IMG/VR virus record: IMGVR_UViG_3300036713_000334
Coordinates: 1-50,396 of that record
Length of the DNA: 50,396 bases
Source of the DNA: a virus
Lineage: Duplodnaviria > Caudoviricetes
Direction: 5' to 3' (one strand)
In this document: one piece after another, positions 20,415-32,100 of the stretch
Position numbering within the stretch: the stretch's first letter is position 1
Layout: each line of letters begins with the position of its first letter
Program-made: the position numbers and the translations under genes
Notes under the pieces: generated by a model
Told to the model about the DNA's origin: nothing
The model's database searches: none
Seen by the model: only the letters and a program-made list of their open reading frames with translations

Positions 20415-21748
20415 TGGCGAATAAAACGCTAAGTCAGGTCATCGGGGCATCTAACCATGAGATCGGTGACATCATTGAGACTAAAGCAACATCGCTTGCT
20501 GACGGCAGAGTGTTACTGCCACTTGATGGCACAATTATCACACCAGCTAGTTATACGGAGCTAGAAGCGTTGCTGGACCCCGGAGCTGTAGCAACAGAGC
20601 AACCCAGACTTTATATATCCTCTAATGGTGATTCTTTAGAAGACAACGCAGCTAACAAACAGGCTGACAAGGCTTTTATAGCCGACGACGGAGTGCGTGT
20701 TCTTTCTTTAGACGACGATTTGGACATTTGGTTCCAAGACGCAGGGGCAGCAGGTGAAGAATTTGGCACTACCCAATTCAATTCATACGCTATAAGTAAC
20801 TGCGCAGGAGCCGCTGACGGTAACGAGATACTTTGTATAAGCGCCGCGGCATCAGGAGGCAAACAAGTAGAAGGCTTTTACACATTAAATGGTAATACGT
20901 TTACACAAGCCACATTCATTTCAGGTAATGATGCTACAGGTGCTTATGTGAGTGCGTTTTGCGCCAGAGATGGTGCAAATGCAAGAGTGGTCTGCCTTAA
21001 CACGACTGATACAACGATTGATACTTATGCGTCTGGAACAGATATAGGCACTGCGTGGACGCTATCAGTTGCTTATTCATATACAACAGCGCCAGGCGTA
21101 ACCTGCTACACGCGAGGTTCATCTGATGATTTTGCAACAATGGCTGCTGCAACTAGTTTGGGGGTTTGTTGTACTTTCAACAGCGGGACAACTTGGACTG
21201 AAAATGAGCTTCTACCAGATGGCGCTTCAGCGCTTCAGCTTACTGTTGATGAAACAGACATTGTGTGGTGTATCAACCGCGTCACTCAATATGAAGGCGA
21301 CAAACTTTATAAGACAACTAATGGGACAACTTGGACTGAAATGCTTACAGCCTCGGAAGCCTTGAGCTATGTGTCTGATGAGCGAGTCACTAACATAAAG
21401 TTTCTTGACATTTTTTCCGACTCAAGCAGCAATTTATATATGCTCGCGGCAGGCCAATGGGGAGGTGGAAGTAGCGTAACCCTAAGTGGTTTCCTGCCAC
21501 CCCTCATTATCTTTTACAGTGAAGACGCTGGTGTGACATGGGTAGGTCACGTAGCTGTTACTGGAGTTCACCCACAAGGCGGTAATGAAGACTGGGGTGG
21601 TTATAATTTTATGATGAGTCCAAATTGCGATGTTTTAATGTGGACCGGGGTAGTACTAACCAATCCTGTAATCAGGTTTATGGACGTAACAACTGGATTA
21701 GCTTTGCCAGTTTTGCCAACAAAGAAAATCGTAGCCGATGCGCCATAG
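20414..21748 (+). CDS. receptor-binding protein with BNR/Asp-box propeller inside a tail-collar-like frame
   Basis: FNSGTTW, TTNGTTW and SEDAGVTW repeats; N-terminal IGDII..LPLDG..YTEL and C-terminal LALP. Confidence 0.6.
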   Translation: MANKTLSQVIGASNHEIGDIIETKATSLADGRVLLPLDGTIITPASYTELEALLDPGAVATEQPRLYISSNGDSLEDNAANKQADKAFIADDGVRVLSLDDDLDIWFQDAGAAGEEFGTTQFNSYAISNCAGAADGNEILCISAAASGGKQVEGFYTLNGNTFTQATFISGNDATGAYVSAFCARDGANARVVCLNTTDTTIDTYASGTDIGTAWTLSVAYSYTTAPGVTCYTRGSSDDFATMAAATSLGVCCTFNSGTTWTENELLPDGASALQLTVDETDIVWCINRVTQYEGDKLYKTTNGTTWTEMLTASEALSYVSDERVTNIKFLDIFSDSSSNLYMLAAGQWGGGSSVTLSGFLPPLIIFYSEDAGVTWVGHVAVTGVHPQGGNEDWGGYNFMMSPNCDVLMWTGVVLTNPVIRFMDVTTGLALPVLPTKKIVADAP

Positions 21749-21757
21749 GAGCAGTTC

Positions 21758-22156
21758 GTGTCTAAAGTAGTTGATAGAATTGAAAATCTAACCGACCCCG
21801 GTCAGCCTCTTGAGCAGAATGATCGGTACAGGACTTTTTACACTGACAACACGTACAGAGACAAAAGGTATGTTGTTCTCCCTGCGGCAGCTGCTGTCCC
21901 TATTCCACCAATCCGAATAATTGCTGCCAAATCATGGTATCGACGGCTGACTCAGGCCGAACGCACTAACCTACGCACCACAGACAATGAAGACATCAAT
22001 GATCTGCGAGAAGACTTACAACGAGCGCCCACGGTAGATATGGACGATCCAGAGTTATTAGCGAGCTTGCAGACAATAGGAGTACCAGCGCCACGGATTA
22101 CCGAGCTACTTGCCGATGGTACTGAAGAAGAACGCTACATTAATGTAGTGACGTAA
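21758..22156 (+). CDS. putative tail fibre chaperone/assembly protein
   Basis: Follows the fibre genes; RRLTQAER..VDMDDP..RITELL pattern. Confidence 0.45.
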   Translation: MSKVVDRIENLTDPGQPLEQNDRYRTFYTDNTYRDKRYVVLPAAAAVPIPPIRIIAAKSWYRRLTQAERTNLRTTDNEDINDLREDLQRAPTVDMDDPELLASLQTIGVPAPRITELLADGTEEERYINVVT

Positions 22157-22188
22157 TAGGACACAAATCTAACTAAAAGGAAAAACAG

Positions 22189-22425
22189 ATGTCACTTAAA
22201 CAACTGCCGAAAGAGCAGGTTCAGACAGTATGCCAGGACACTTTGGAGTGCCTCAGTAGCGCAGATATATCTATCCCCGCCAGTGTAGTTGAGTCGATCG
22301 TGTCGATGAAGACTATATTAAGGGCTTTGCTCTCTGAACAATTGGTGCTCGCACAGGAAGAGGGAGCCCCCGCAGTACCCGAGCCGGCGGAACCCTCAAA
22401 GAAAGGTAGCAAGAAAGCTGCATAG
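22189..22425 (+). CDS. hypothetical protein
   Basis: AAGGA RBS; 78 aa, helical with a basic tail. Confidence 0.6.
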   Translation: MSLKQLPKEQVQTVCQDTLECLSSADISIPASVVESIVSMKTILRALLSEQLVLAQEEGAPAVPEPAEPSKKGSKKAA

Positions 22426-22437
22426 GATGCTGATATG

Positions 22438-22500
22438 CGGTAAAATCCCTATAATAAAGGAAGCCTGACGCACAAGGACGTGCACTTGGCTAAGGAAACG
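22438..22500 (+). promoter_or_regulatory. putative promoter and leader with CsrA/RsmA-type sites
   Basis: TAAAAT at 22441 and TATAAT at 22450; hairpin GCAC-AAGGAC-GTGC; AAGGA also at 22457 and over the RBS at 22492. Confidence 0.5.
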
Positions 22501-22507
22501 CGCAAAC

Positions 22508-23173
22508 ATGGCTGGACTAACTGACCAAATCAAACAGGGAGTTGGCAACATGCTGACTCTCCCCAGCAATCAGCGACTTTTGCCTTCAGAGCAGTCTGAG
22601 GTTGGCGCTTTAGCCAGCGAACGCGCGGGCTTACGCCAATACCAAGGTCAACAGATTGGCGATATTGGGAATAGACAAAGCCGACTGCAGCATGATCTCC
22701 GCCGCATGGCATCTATGCGTGTCGCACAAAATGAGGCGCAGCAGGGGATTCCCACTTCTGGCAGAGCAGCAACAGAGCAGGCAGTCCGCCGTATGCGCGC
22801 ACGACAAGGAATTGTCGCCCGCGGCGATAAGGCTATTGCTAATCAGACTATGAAAGATAGATTACGGGCAGTACAACAGACCCAAACAAGACGCGGGCAG
22901 GGGCAAAACATGCTGCAGCAAGCGCAGCAGATTAAACAGGGCGTAAACATAGGCGTCTCAGATGCGAACAACCGAGCTAAAGCCTCAACGTACGGCATGT
23001 ACGGGAGCGCAGCAGGAATGCTAGCGAAGGGAGTACAAACTTACATGAACAGACCTCCGGGCATCACCCAGGGGATGGATCAAGGAACGGCTAGTGCCGA
23101 CTACCAAATGATGTATCCCGATGTAGGCACGAATTATTCCAACTTTGAAACAAACCCCCAGGGACTAGCATAA
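22508..23173 (+). CDS. internal virion (ejection) protein, putative
   Basis: Q/R/G/A-rich helical protein with a GSAAGMLAKG segment; first gene of the ejection cluster. Confidence 0.55.
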   Translation: MAGLTDQIKQGVGNMLTLPSNQRLLPSEQSEVGALASERAGLRQYQGQQIGDIGNRQSRLQHDLRRMASMRVAQNEAQQGIPTSGRAATEQAVRRMRARQGIVARGDKAIANQTMKDRLRAVQQTQTRRGQGQNMLQQAQQIKQGVNIGVSDANNRAKASTYGMYGSAAGMLAKGVQTYMNRPPGITQGMDQGTASADYQMMYPDVGTNYSNFETNPQGLA

Positions 23174-24003
23174 TGCCTTTCGGAGGAATGAATGCCGCTA
23201 GCCTTTCAGCGGGCATAAAAGCGTCTGGATACACTGGGCCCGCTTCAAACGGCGATCCTATACAGGATCTATATACCTATGGCGGCACCGCAATTGACGA
23301 GGCAAGGCGCGATCCCACCCGAAACTTAGAGCTTGGCCTTAGAAACATGGCTGGGCGTGTTGGGGGAGAGGACAGAGTTGCCGCAGCCAGGAACGAGGCA
23401 GGTGCACAAGCAGACGTTGCACAAGGTATCTATAATCGACGTACTGAGGGCATGGCACTTACTGACCGTCAAAAACGTGGCGCATCACAGAAGCTTAACC
23501 TCACCAGAGAAGTAACTAAGGCAGCAGGGTCAGCGCAAGCTCGACGCCAGACTAACGAGCAGTCACGTGCTGCTTCTCAGGCACTAGCTGGACTCGAAGA
23601 CATGAAGTTTGGGCAGCAGTCGGCACTAATGACTGGCATGGCCAACTCTGAGGGACAGCGCTTAGTGAACGAAGCAAACGAAAAAGCTGCTAGGACACAG
23701 AGAAGGAACTCAGCAATCGGCACAGCCTTAAGCATTGTCGGCATGGCAATATTTTCAGGCGAGGAATACAAAGATAAAATCAAAGAGCAACCCAAGCTTC
23801 TTGATAAATTGAAGAATGTACGTGTTGACAAGTGGCGCTACAAAGGTAGCAAGCCAGAACACATCGGGCCATACGCAGAAGAGTTTAACTCTACCTTCGG
23901 TGTAGGCACACATAAAGACTCAATTGATGTCGTAAGCATGCTTGGCGTAACCCTTGGAGCCGTTAAAGAGCTGAACGAAAAGGTGGAGGCGCAACGTGGG
24001 TGA
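23173..24003 (+). CDS. internal virion protein with C-terminal peptidase S74 (intramolecular chaperone) domain
   Basis: FSGEEYK (Ser...Lys dyad), WRYK, HIGPYAEEF and LGAVKELNEKV. Confidence 0.7.
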   Translation: MPFGGMNAASLSAGIKASGYTGPASNGDPIQDLYTYGGTAIDEARRDPTRNLELGLRNMAGRVGGEDRVAAARNEAGAQADVAQGIYNRRTEGMALTDRQKRGASQKLNLTREVTKAAGSAQARRQTNEQSRAASQALAGLEDMKFGQQSALMTGMANSEGQRLVNEANEKAARTQRRNSAIGTALSIVGMAIFSGEEYKDKIKEQPKLLDKLKNVRVDKWRYKGSKPEHIGPYAEEFNSTFGVGTHKDSIDVVSMLGVTLGAVKELNEKVEAQRG

Positions 24004-26143
24004 TTACATTGGTACCAACTCCTTCATGCAGGGATTCATGCAAGGCTACGGATTCATTGATGACATCCAAGCACGCAAGAGATCTGAGGCAAGACTAGAG
24101 CAGCGCCTAACTGAGCAGCGCAACGAGCGCGCATACAATCGCCAACGGCAGTCTCGCCTAGATACTGAATCACAGATAGATCGCAATCGACGCCGTGGTG
24201 TAGAAGACGATTTACTCGCACGGCAAGACCTGATGGATGAGGCGCAGCGCGTGTATGCCGCGGCTGATCCGGCTGACTATGGCACTACTATCAAGGCTCT
24301 TATGCCATACGCGGAGATACCTGAAGTCGCAGCGATGATCGCCAAACTTAAGGACACACGCCTCAACCGTGCCGATGACATGCTACTTTTTGGCGGCGGA
24401 GCCGGCACCGGCACCTTGGGTGCGGGCGCACAAAACGCAGCTGGAGTTGCACCTAGCGCTGCTTCACCTGGGCCCATGTATGGGAACGATGCACCTGGTG
24501 GCGAGATGCTTGGCGCAAGACCAGGTGGAATGCAAACTTTGCCTAATCAACCTGGTCAAGCGGCAGGTGAAATGCAAACTTTGCCAGGCGACCCAAACGC
24601 GCAACCTAGCATGACTGCGTTAGCCGGGGCTCCGTCACCTGACACTGCTGGGCTCCCACCCCAAGACCCTGCAGCTCAAGCTCAAGCTCAAGTTCCAGCT
24701 GGACCACCGTCTCGGGAAGAGCTAGAGCAGATCGCTATTGATGACCCGGCGAAGGCGGCTCGTATACGTGACGCTAACATTCCATCGACGTTTGCCTCCC
24801 CTGATACCAGCTATGGAATTGCTCCGGGAGTAAACTTTGTCTCGGAGGCAGCCATTGCGAGATCTAAGGCCTCTGGGGCCGCGAAAAAAGCCGCGGATAA
24901 TCGTGAGCTAACTAGGGACACATGGTCTGCCGCGCTAGACATAAACAACCCCACGGGCGACCAGTTTCGATCTCTACCTCCCTCACAGCAGATAGGGCAA
25001 TATTACCGTGATCGTAGTGCGCTATTGCCAGAGCAAAAGGCTAATGGGGATCGCCTTATGTACCCCCATGTGCAGCGGACAATAGACGAGAGCAAAGACG
25101 TCCTTGCTAACCCTGCCACTGACCCTCGAGGGCTCGACGCAGCCAATGCCCGTCGTAAACTTAAAGAGTCGTACGCACTAATTAATGCGAGGGAGGAGCT
25201 TAAGCCACTTGAAGCCAACGGCGTAAATTCCGATGGCCTGCCAGTGAATGGCCGTAACTCGAAACTTACTGATACTGTAATTGAGTCATCGTTAAGTCAG
25301 CCTGGGCCAGGAACCCCCGGCACACATAATCAAGTAGCTGCTGAGGACAGAGTTCTCGAGCGTGGACCGCAAAACGGACGTGTCTCTAGTGCGTTTGCAT
25401 CTGCCGCATGGCGCAAGCTTAACCGTAAAGAGATTACTCGCCAGGAGTATGAAAGTCTAATACGAACAGGGAAAATGCCCAGCGGAATTACCTATGAGAC
25501 AGCCTCGTACCCCGCTGGTCAGGACGTGTGGATTCACGCCAAAGGCCCCAATGGTGAAAACCTCGGGCTCGAAAGAATAATCAAAGGTGACGATCCTGAA
25601 AGAACGAAGTCACAAAAAGAAAAGCTGCGTAATTACTTTGAGGGCTCTGGCGAAGAAGTAATATTGAGGCTATCCGAGGATTTAGCAGCGCGTATGGGAG
25701 AAGAGGGCAACGGCTCCAGTTACTATATTGAGTTTGCTGATATCCTCGGGGAAAACGAGATCGAGGCCAGGATGAACGGCTATGATTATGGCAACCCACT
25801 AGATATTGCTTCGTTGTGGAAACGCTACGAGAGCTTGAATATCATATCCGATGCTATTGATGATGAGGTTATATTCAAAGGAGTGCTCGGTAATAGCTTT
25901 GAAAAAGAATACAAGAGAACAATAGGAGAGGCACTCTTCCTCAATATTCCTAAAGAGGATTTGGAAGAACTCGAGACACCTGGAACCACAACTTTAGGGA
26001 TGGGTGGCGAGAGTCCTACGTTAAGAGCCACTAAATCACGAGATCCCATGTACTACGAGGCTATGCGAAATGAGTTCCCAGCGTTTCAGGGTCTCAGCGA
26101 TGGTGAGATAGAACAGGAAGTTGCTAGACTGAGTGCCCTCTAA
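23996..26143 (+). CDS. internal virion (ejection) protein, putative
   Basis: N-terminal FMQGFMQGYG followed by a coiled coil and a P/G/A-rich linker. Confidence 0.55.
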   Translation: MGDYIGTNSFMQGFMQGYGFIDDIQARKRSEARLEQRLTEQRNERAYNRQRQSRLDTESQIDRNRRRGVEDDLLARQDLMDEAQRVYAAADPADYGTTIKALMPYAEIPEVAAMIAKLKDTRLNRADDMLLFGGGAGTGTLGAGAQNAAGVAPSAASPGPMYGNDAPGGEMLGARPGGMQTLPNQPGQAAGEMQTLPGDPNAQPSMTALAGAPSPDTAGLPPQDPAAQAQAQVPAGPPSREELEQIAIDDPAKAARIRDANIPSTFASPDTSYGIAPGVNFVSEAAIARSKASGAAKKAADNRELTRDTWSAALDINNPTGDQFRSLPPSQQIGQYYRDRSALLPEQKANGDRLMYPHVQRTIDESKDVLANPATDPRGLDAANARRKLKESYALINAREELKPLEANGVNSDGLPVNGRNSKLTDTVIESSLSQPGPGTPGTHNQVAAEDRVLERGPQNGRVSSAFASAAWRKLNRKEITRQEYESLIRTGKMPSGITYETASYPAGQDVWIHAKGPNGENLGLERIIKGDDPERTKSQKEKLRNYFEGSGEEVILRLSEDLAARMGEEGNGSSYYIEFADILGENEIEARMNGYDYGNPLDIASLWKRYESLNIISDAIDDEVIFKGVLGNSFEKEYKRTIGEALFLNIPKEDLEELETPGTTTLGMGGESPTLRATKSRDPMYYEAMRNEFPAFQGLSDGEIEQEVARLSAL

Positions 26144-29100
26144 TGGCCGAACCAACGCGCGATAACCTACTTGCCTTTGAGAGTCGGTACGCACGGGAGG
26201 CGGCTTCTCCTGAAGGGAGGATGCGTGATCCCATTAGCACGGACGTAACTCCCCAGGCGCTCCAGGACTTCGATCGGCGATATGCTGAGACACAGGCCGA
26301 CCCTGAAGGGAGGATGTTTGGTAGGGATGTTAACGATTTCACCCAGCAGTATGACCAAGAGATAGGCTACGCAGATGAATTTGTCCGCGGCGTAGGCCAA
26401 GGCGTCGACATGTTCCAGGCATCTATGTATGCCATGACTAAGACTATTGGACGCGAGCTTGGCATAGAGTCTCTTGAAGGCTTCGGCGACAGCGGAGTGG
26501 AAAGTAACATAAAGGAGATGTCACGTAACCCGGTATCGATGGCGCGGTTCTCCGAGATTGATTCCATGGACGACTTCATTCGCTGGTCGGCAGGTGCTTT
26601 TGGTCAGGCTTTACCTAGCTTAGGCGCTGCCATGGCAGGCGGCGGCGTAGGCGGAATCCTTGCCAAGAAAGCTGCAGAGAAAAGCATTTACGCTATCATT
26701 CGTAGCAGGATGCTACAGCAGATGAAGCAGAGAGGCTTCGCAGGCGACGCGGCGGAAGCTGCGGTTAACAGAGCACTCGGAGCAAAGACTAACGCTCAAA
26801 TGTTGAAGAGAGGTTTCCAGGAAGGTGACGCTCAGCTTTTGCAGCGTGGCTTTGCCAAAGGCTCGACCATAGGTGCAATGATTCCGTCGGTAGGAATGCA
26901 AGCTGGCGAAACTGAAATGACATTGTCCGAAGCAGGTATCGACGGCAGCTTAGCTGCTGTATTCGGAGCCGGCTTCGTAGGCGGCTCGTTGGAAGCACTG
27001 CCAGCTTTGCGGCTTATAGACAAGATGTTCCCCGGAGTTGATAAAAAACTAGCGGGTAGCTTTATTAAAGACTTTTCCAAGGCCACTGGTACACAGGCTG
27101 TCCTCGAAGGCACTACAGAGGGGTTGCAGCAGATTATTCAACTGTCGTCCCTCGCGTGGCATGACCCAACCTTCGACTGGAACGATCCAGATGTAGCTAT
27201 GCAGGTGCTTGACGCTTTCGCAGCAGGCGCACTTGTAGGTGCAGTAACGGGCGGCGGGGCTGAAGCAATAGGACGCGCGACCACTCCCGACGACACAGAT
27301 TCGTTTCGTAACATCGCAGGTTCTCGTAGCCTCCGGCCTAACTTGCCAGGCGGCCCAGCGCCGGGAAGTGAGAGAGTAGCTGAGCAGCCTACGCCAGAAG
27401 TGTCATACCCTGACGACTTCGAGCCAGCTGATAACACTATATTTGAGGAAATCAAGGGACGCGCCCAGACGATCGTTGACGAAAAGGTAGGCCCAGTGTT
27501 GAACAAGATTGGGGCTGAGTTCAACGACGCCCAAGATCGTGTTCGGGGCGTGTTTGACGCCAACGGCATGGCCACTCCTTTCCAGGGTGACAGTAAGTAC
27601 AGAGACGCAGTACAAGCAGGACAAGATGAATTTCTTGCAGGACACGCACCTGTCCTTGAGGACACAGTAAGGTATGCCAGCGAGTATGCGATGTATGTCG
27701 CGGACGAGGCGGCCCTTATAACCGACCCCGTCATGCGCAAGATATTTATAGACGAACAAATGAAAGGGCTGGAAGAGGAAGTAGGAGGCGTTGCGACCGA
27801 GCTTGGCCTGCGCGGAGAGCAGATAATCGGGTCACTTATGGGTGACATCGAAGGCGACCCTGTCATGGACGAACGCACACAGTCGTTTCCTGATGAGTCA
27901 GATACGTCCTTTACTTTTGGCCAGAAGATGGCAGTCAAAAACGCTCAAGGGCAGACGGAGCGATATCGCACACGAGGTGATAGCGCCCGCCCATACAAGA
28001 CTTTCGGTGACGCCGGCACGAACATGGTAAGGATGATGGAGGAGTACCCCAGCGTCCCTGAGTCTGCGTGGAGCATTAGAGAGCAAGACGACGGGTTCGT
28101 CATTGCGATCAACGACAGCGGCGGGCTTGGCAAGACTATCCTTGAAGATGAGGTGGTAACTGGTGCCATTGAGAAGGCACGTATCAGCGCGCGTGGCAAT
28201 CCCGATAAGTCTCGCCATGTGACTGTTAAGTTGCCGGGGCGTAAAGCTAACGTAATCCTTGATGTCGTGACACTCGTTAGAGACGGCAACCGCTTGGGCG
28301 AGGGGGACGTTCAAACTAATCAGCAGGCATTTGACACTATTATGGCCCACTTGATGGCCCGCGATATGGTTGACGATGCGTCCTACTTTAAGATGCGCGA
28401 AGCCTTCGAGAAGCAGTACCCAGGTCGTGCCAGAAATCAGACAGTCAAGCAGCATCAGCGCATTGAAGCTGCACGCCTGGCAGGTAAGGTGGAGGGAAAG
28501 ACATCATCGTTGCTCGAGCGGCAACGAAGTAAATCAGATGCGCGCATAGAAGGTAACATAGAGGGAGAAAGCGCTGAGGTTAAGACCACCAACATCATAG
28601 GAAAAGACGGGAAGTCTCGCCAGGTCAAGCAGACAGTACGTACTGATGAAACCATGACAAAGGACACCACTCGTACTGACCCCGTCCTTGGCTATGAAGG
28701 CATCCCAGCTGGCGTAGGAACGAACACTACGTTCACCCCAGGTGTGAAAGGGTCTCAACGAAGTACCCTAGTACCAAAAGGCAGGGACGCGGGCTCACCA
28801 CGTTTTGAGAGGACAGGAGGGCTCGACGCTAATGAAAGAGGCCAGACAGGCCAGCCTATTGATCAGGCACTAGCTGAGCTGGATCCAGACGTAGCGGCGA
28901 ATCTCGAATTAGAAGTTCGTTCCTCAGGACGATATGCATATGTTGACACAGAGCCAGGCTCAGACGCGCAGGGACTCTTATCACAGATAGAGAAGGAGTC
29001 CAAAGGAAAAATCCCTACTGAGAAGCAGCAGGCTGAGCAGTCAGTAATTGACACGGGCGGCATAGACGCAACGCGTAGCAAAAAAGGTGACCGCAACCGC

Positions 29101-32100
29101 GGCGGGCCGCTTGCTAAGAACATGGATAGGCTGAAGCGCGTCATGGCCACCTTCCCCTCTCCGAGCAAACGTACCAAGGCTGAGCAGGCTGAGTTCAGCG
29201 AGCTATCGCGCGCGCTGGCAATTCTTGAGCGCAAGCCAAAGAATTCCCAAGAGAACAACCAGGTCAACCGGGCTCTTGCCATTGAAGGCAAGCCAACCCC
29301 TAACAAAAGAAGCAAGAAGCGTAAGAAGAAAAGTTTTGACGAGCATGTGAGCGAACTCGACAAACGTTCTGGAAGGCAATCCAGAGAGCAGTACCTGGAG
29401 AACAAAAAAGCCAGAGACGCTATTGCAGAGCAAGATCCAGAAGGCACGAAGGTCACTGTACTCAAGCCCAAGCCCCTTAAGTTTAAGTGGGTAGCTGTGG
29501 AGGGTGCCGCAGCGAAGCCAGATGGAACACGAACAGAAGGCGCGGCTGCCAGGACCAAGGATCGTCAAGCCAAAGTAGTGCAGGAGCTTACCAATAAGGG
29601 ACTGAGTGTTCAGCTCAAAGGTGCTGCAGCGAAGTTCCAGAAACAGATCACTTGGCTCGTGAAGAAAGTCCAGACGCTGATACCGAACACACGCATAGTT
29701 GTGATGGACGCGGAGGCTTTAGCTGAATTTAAGAACTCCTCGAACCGGGACCTTGCAGATATAGCGAATGCCCTGCTGGCATTCGACTCAGCTGCCATGG
29801 CTTACCTTGACACGATGGACGCCGTGATAATACGTCTGTACGACTTCGACGCTAGTACCGGCAATGGCGTGGCAGGGCTTATACATGAACTAGGGCACGC
29901 CATTCATTTCGTAACCTGGAAGAAGTTAGGTCTCGATGGCCAGAAGAAATTGTGGGAAGCATTCCGGGCAGACATTAAGGCAGGCAAACGCAGCACTGGC
30001 GAAACCCTTAATCAAGACCCTGCTAACCCCACGGACCAGCGTATGCTCGAGCCTAACGAAGCTAATATCTTCGAGTTCAAAGAGTGGATGGCTGATCAGT
30101 TTGTTGTATGGATGAACTCTCGACGCCAACCGCGCAACGCTCTTGAGGAGTTCTTTCAGAAGGTAGAGAAAAAGATCAAAGAGTTCTATGATGCCCTTAA
30201 GGCGAACCCCACTCGCTATGGCGCAAAGCTGAATGAAACATACGCAGACTTTGCAGATGCAGTCGCGCGACGCGCAGCTACAGTTGGAGACCCGTCCACA
30301 GACAGATGGTTCCCACATAATAAGATTGGACTTGGCTTCGAAGTGCTTAACGACATAGCTGGTAATCTAGGTCTTCACATCAAGGCGATGGAACGTGACC
30401 TTGCGGCAGCGAGAACTAACCAGGACACTCAGGACCAAGCAGAGCAAAAGACTAACAAGGCTAAGATAGAAATTGCACAGGGCAAAGTTATACGCTCTCC
30501 GTACAAAGGCCTGACACTTGAGGAGTGGAAGAAAATGCTCCCCAGGCAACTTAGCTACAACGAGATCATTCGCAGCGGCAAGGCTATGAAACAACTCATG
30601 GCTAACCTGTACGAAGTTGCCTTGGCACCAAGTACCTCAGTCATGAACACGCTATCTAAGGACGGGATCAAAGCAGCTGACAGGTTGATTGATATCTTCA
30701 GCCGCCGGCAGGGCGAGAGAAAGGCACAGAACAACTATCACCAAGCAGTTAAGCGAATGAAGAATGGCTTCTGGACAAGATACCAGAACATCACCGCTGG
30801 CCTGGATGCAGAAAGTAAAAACGCACTGCGGAATGAACTAAACGGTACTCCACAAGCTAAACCGCTGAGCCCTCAACTAGCTGCCAAGGCGCGAGAGATC
30901 CGCGCGATGATGAATGAGGTGCATACCTACTTAGTCAAAGCTGGCTTACCTGTAGGCAAAATAGAAAACTACGTGCCGAAGATGTTTAACAAGGCAGCGC
31001 TTCTCGCTAATGAAGAAGCAATTATTAATCATTACGTGGAGATGCATCAGCGAGAAAACCAGTCTCTACGTAGGGAAGCTGAAGAGTTTGCGAGAGCTAA
31101 GTTCAGTGCGTTGACATCGCAGGAGGCCGAGCAGGCTGCTGCCGAGCAAGAGCTCGAGGTGGACGAGCTGTCCATGCAGTCACCTGGTTTTCAGGCAATG
31201 CGCCATCGTTACACCAACTCAAAATTCATGGATCAGTTTCTCGAGACTGACCTCGATAACATCCTGGCGAACTACTTCAACCATGCTGTCAAGCGTGCCG
31301 AGTACAATAGAGTGCTGGGGTCAGAGGCGAAAAAAGGTTTAACCGGCGGCGATATGAATCGACGCAGGGACTGGAACCCACAAGAAAAGCTGGACGAAAT
31401 CTTCGATGAAGCTAAAGCACAGGGCGCTAATGACATACAGCTGATGCGCATGAAGAACTACGTAGATGCTAATCTTGGTATGTATGGTCGTGATGAAGTT
31501 GGCGAGACTACTCGCAAAGCCATGGCTGGCCTGGTCGCATACAACAACATGCGAGTGCTACTGTTTACTGTGTTCGCATCGTTGCCTGACATGATGGGCC
31601 CGGTGATCCGATCCGGCTCTGCAAAGACTGCGTTCTCTGAGTTCTCCAAGAACATCGGAGACATCGTGAAAGGGTCCACCGATAACGAACTAGCTGAGAT
31701 GGCCGAGGCGCTCGGAATTATAATTGATGATGTCAGCCAGTCAGTACTCTCTGAGTACGTGGATAACCATTACATGCCGACTGGCTTGCGTAAGTGGAAC
31801 GACAAGTTCTTCAAGTACACAGGTCTGAACTGGTACACCGATACGACACGTAAGTATGCGTTGGCAGTCGGCATCAAGTCATTTGAGAACGCAGCAAAAA
31901 ACTCTGAGTCAGCACGCACAGACAGGGAGCGTAGAAAGGCTCGGAAGTTCCTGCTTGAGTTTGGCCTTACACCTGCGATGGTGCGCGACTGGATCGCAGC
32001 TGGCAAGCCAATATATAACTCCGGTACATATGCCACACAGAAAGGCAGACGCGCTCAGCGTGACGATGCAATCGCTGCTGCACTGGTGCAGTTCGTGGAT

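Noticed and set aside
16405-22156. Diversity-generating retroelement or invertible fibre cassette
   Set aside because: No reverse transcriptase or invertase, and no long near-identical repeat pair differing at adenines was seen by eye; a self dot-plot would confirm.
27138-29558. Long antisense ORFs (266, 185 and 231 aa) within the giant gene
   Set aside because: These are shadow ORFs of a coding strand, S/L-rich and without motifs; the same applies to other antisense ORFs in the track.
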